A stretch of 63,997 bases of DNA, counting the filler, from Reclinomonas americana ATCC 50394 (Eukaryota), in NCBI GenBank assembly GCA_048213135.1. It is 7 parts of 5 records of this genome, joined end to end, with 100 filler letters (N's around TTAATTAATTAA, not from the genome) between each part and the next. Parts side by side here need not be neighbours in the genome. Positions count along the whole stretch, not along the records: positions 56,631 to 60,800 come from PS015062.1; positions 60,901 to 62,641 come from PS015064.1; positions 62,742 to 63,997 come from PS015069.1; 4 more parts are not named here. One strand, written 5' to 3'. How positions within the stretch are numbered: the first letter of the stretch is position 1; each line of letters starts with the position of its first letter. Made by a program: the position numbers and the translations under genes. Below the pieces are notes generated by a model. It was not told the origin of the DNA and made no database searches. It worked only from the letters and a program-made list of their open reading frames with translations. Positions 60,712-63,997 of this stretch are shown here, piece after piece.

Positions 60712-60900
60712 CTGCGGGGAGGGGAAGTAGGAGAAGGAGGGGAGAAGGGGTGAGGGGATGAGGGGAAGGGGAAGGAAGGGGATGGAGGGGAAGGGGAAGG
60801 NNNNNNNNNNNNNNNNNNNNNNNNNNNNNNNNNNNNNNNNNNNNTTAATTAATTAANNNNNNNNNNNNNNNNNNNNNNNNNNNNNNNNNNNNNNNNNNNN

Positions 60901-62641
60901 CCGGGAACGAATCGGGTGTCCAGTTCGCCCCTGTGTGGAGCTTGTGCGGTAAGTGTTTTTTTTTTATATATTTCCCCGATGTGTTTCAAATGCACAATCT
61001 GCGTCTCGTTCTCTCTCTCTTGCAATCGCAGCCTGGCTACTCGCACTGGCAAGGCGAGTGCGTGAATTGCCCGTATACTGTGGCGCGTGCCCGTCTCTCC
61101 ACCGTGTTGAAGATGTGGCTGGTGGTGCTTGTCACACTTGTGCTGTGTCAACGTGAATCCAGCGGTGGTTGCGTCTGATCGTGCCCCGCACGTTGCAACT
61201 GCATCATTGCCGCTTACCGTATGTTGTTGTTGCGTGATGCAGCGGGCGTGGAAATCATTATTTTCACGGCACAGACAGCGGCGCTCTTGTTCTACCCTGA
61301 TCTGACGCTGCTGACCCTCAGCCGACTCCTCTCGTTTATCACCCCACAATTCCTCAACGTCGATCCCGCGTGCCCGTTGATGTTGAATGCTCTTGGTGAC
61401 ACGTTGGTGCAAGTGATCTCTCCACTTGTGTGTCTCGGCTTGCTGTGGGGCACGTTTGGCTTGCATCTGGTGCTGGCGAAACTCGTCGGTCGCCGCGAAC
61501 CCAGCGAGGAGGCTGTTGGTGGTCAACAACAACGATGCTGTCTCAAGCTCCGCCAGCGCTGGTTAGCCATCGCACGATGGCTGCACAGGACGGCCGTCTC
61601 TAGTCGTTACGTGCGAGCGACCATGGTTATTCTGGTCGGTGCCTATGCCGGATTGGCGCAATTGTCGGTGTCATTTTTCACGTGCACGAAAGTTGGACAA
61701 GCGCACGTGGTACTATTTTCTCCAAGCATCGTGTGCTTTGAGGGAGAGTTGCGCGGCGTGAACAGAGCGTGAGTTTCTGTCTTCCGCAAATACAGCTGAA
61801 CGTGTGACGATTGTGACAGGTGGCGGACGCTAGCGCCTGCCTTTGGTGTGCTGTCGGCGCTCATTGTCCTGGCGCCAATTATGTTGGTCTTGTGGACGTT
61901 GCGGATGCGACGCAGAGACAAGCTTCAAAGCGTCAAGGTGAAGCTGCTCCATCTCCGTGCTCGTGAGTTGCAAGCGCTGATTCGCGATGCAGATGAGGAT
62001 GCGCTTTGGTGTGCTCTATCACCATTTCAGGCCTCAGTTCGTGTGGTATCAGGGTGAGTAGCGTGCTCGCGACAACGCAGCGTGTACGCGAACTCACAAA
62101 AAAGTGTCCAATTGCGCAGGGTACCAACTCACTCGGCGTCTCATACTGGTGGCCGTGATGTTCCCACTGGCGGCCCTCGGCAAGCTCACTGCTTTGCCGC
62201 TCGCACTGTGGCTAGTGTGTGCCTGCTTCCTGGTGGTCCACGTGAGTGTCCGGGCGTACAATCTGGATGCAGATAACAAGCTGGAGGTATGCAGGGAGAA
62301 GGTTGCAGTGTCGACAAGTATCGTTGTCTCACTACTCACTGCGTGCCTACAGACCATCAGCCTGTGCGGCCTCGTGAGCATTTCCACCATCTTTGCCTCG
62401 CAAGTCGCCGCACCGTACAAGATCACTTTTGGTCTCACGCTGCTGGGCATTCTCGGCATCCTCCTCTTGATCCCGTTCGTGACGCGGGCACTGCAAGGCG
62501 TCGTGGGCACGATTCGCGAACGATCGCGAGCCCGCAAGAAGCGGATGCTGTATCAAGTCAGTGTGAAGGCAGCAGAGTTCACCGCCGACCACGAAAGCAC
62601 AGGTGCAGTGGTATTGCCGTGGGAGGATGCTGCATTGCAGC
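60901..62641 (+). CDS. C-terminal part of a Cys-rich-ectodomain, multi-pass (about 7 TM) membrane protein
   Basis: The spliced product reads PLCGACAPGYSHWQGECVNC..FFTCTKV..SPSIVCFEGEW..RFGVLYHHFRPQFVWYQGYQLTRRLILV..VRAY..DNKLE, a pattern common in protist receptor-like 7TM proteins. Confidence 0.7.
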
Positions 62642-62804
62642 NNNNNNNNNNNNNNNNNNNNNNNNNNNNNNNNNNNNNNNNNNNNTTAATTAATTAANNN
62701 NNNNNNNNNNNNNNNNNNNNNNNNNNNNNNNNNNNNNNNNNTGATGATGCCACGTGCGATGAAATGCCACACGGGCCACTCTCACTCTCACTAACTGTCG
62801 ATTG

Positions 62805-63997
62805 TTACAAGACAATCTTGCTGGCTCCCTGCGCACGGGCGGCCGAGCGCTTCAGCGTCTCCAGTGGCGGCGTCTTCGGCTCCGTCAGTGGTGCCTCCGA
62901 CGGCTTGGGGACGAACGGCTTGCTGTTCGGCACCGGCTGCGCCTTGAAGACCGACGCGGCCTTGCGAGCTTCCGCGGCCTCGTCAGCAGCCCGCTTCTGG
63001 ACGGCGCACAGGTCGCCAGCAGTGAGTTCATCCATGTTACCCAAGCAAGAAAAAGAAAAAGACTGGTCACATGCTGCGCTGTTCGAACCTCTTCCTCTTG
63101 CCGCCTCAGCTCGGCTGCCACCTCGGCTTCGCGTTGCTTGGTGTGCATGTGCTCGTCAAAGGCGTGGCGGGCGACGGCGCGCACGTCCGAGTTGAGGTTG
63201 AATGGCTGCACCTCGGTCGGTGGCACGTTGCTCGGGCGCGGAGTGAACGGCACCATGTCCTTCTTGAAGGGGCGAGCGTGGAAGTGGCGTTGCTTCTCCT
63301 CGTCCTGCTGCTTGCGCTGGTTCTCGGCCTCGAAGCGGTGCACGACCTCCGAGTGGCGCTCCACCGACTTTAGGTGGAACTCGCACGGCTGCGTCACTGG
63401 AATGACGGGCTTGGGCGGCAGCTGCGCGAACACACACAGTTGTTGCTCAGCAAAAGAATATAGACGGGAAAGGTGCTGCGCGACTCACCGCCGACACGCC
63501 CTCCGGCATCGGGCGGGCATGGAAGTGCTGCTGCTCCTCCTGCTGCTTCTTCTCGGCCTCCAGCTTCTCGCGCAAGCGCTCCTCCTTCTTCTTGCCGCGC
63601 TGCAAATCAAAATCAAAAGTGAGTGACGATGCACGCTACACACACACACACACGTCTCGCTTCTGCGCGCACGCACCTCGTCGGTGGCCAAGTGTGGCTC
63701 ATGGAAGGCGACGGGCTTGTGCTCGGTCTTCTTGGGCTTGAACGGCGATCCGACCGGCATGGCACGAGCATGGAACTGCACCGGCTTCTCCTCCTCGACG
63801 TGCACCTGCGGGCGGTGGGCGGCGCGCTCCTTGGTGCACAGTGCCGGGCTCTCTGGCTTGGTCGGTGGCGGCGGAGCCACTGAGTGAGCGGACGGCTTGT
63901 TCTCGTAGAAGGTCGACTGGTTCCACGGCTGTGCCTTGAACGGCGCTGCGTTGTCGGCAACAAAGTCCTTGGCCTCACGAGCGCGAATGTTCTCCGC
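62805..63997 (-). CDS. TPX2: TPX2-like microtubule-associated protein, 3' part
   Basis: Repeated F[HK]A[RQ]P motifs and T.P..[PF].L..RA units end in QPFNLNSDVRAVARHAFDE..FKAQPVP..KPSEAPLTEPKTPPL, the TPX2 C-terminal domain pattern. Confidence 0.78.

Overview
Eukaryotic nuclear DNA from a fragmented draft assembly of an intron-dense, microsatellite-rich unicellular organism, probably a flagellate (it has a calflagin gene; taxon not determinable here). Six N44-TTAATTAATTAA-N44 spacers join seven scaffolds (1-12841, 12942-18208, 18309-47305, 47406-56530, 56631-60800, 60901-62641, 62742-63997), so adjacency across spacers means nothing. Manual splicing recovers about 18 genes or gene fragments. 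These are SPB1/FTSJ3, a LITAF-like Pro-rich protein, two TMEM184/OST-alpha paralogs, an NLR-like UBL-HEPN-NACHT-pentapeptide-WD40 protein, a stand-alone WD40 paralog, two divergent MADS-box factors, an SLC18B1-like MFS transporter, a Gln-rich protein, a CAMK kinase-ARM-SPRY fusion, a one-domain-per-exon IPT/TIG array, a fibre-like beta-repeat protein, a USP, a Ser/Arg-rich protein, calflagin, a Cys-rich multi-pass membrane protein and TPX2, plus the 3' end of an RLE-type non-LTR retrotransposon. The most striking signal is in splicing. About 32 reading-frame-validated introns use an extra-U donor (H|GTTGCG, H|GTTGAG, H|GTTACG, H|GTTTCG), always after a non-G exon end, whereas exons ending in G use G|GTGCG, G|GTGAG, G|GTACG or G|GTTCG. 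This suggests routine shifted-register 5' splice-site recognition. 2-nt and 4-nt microexons also occur. All gene models are by-eye inferences without transcript data.
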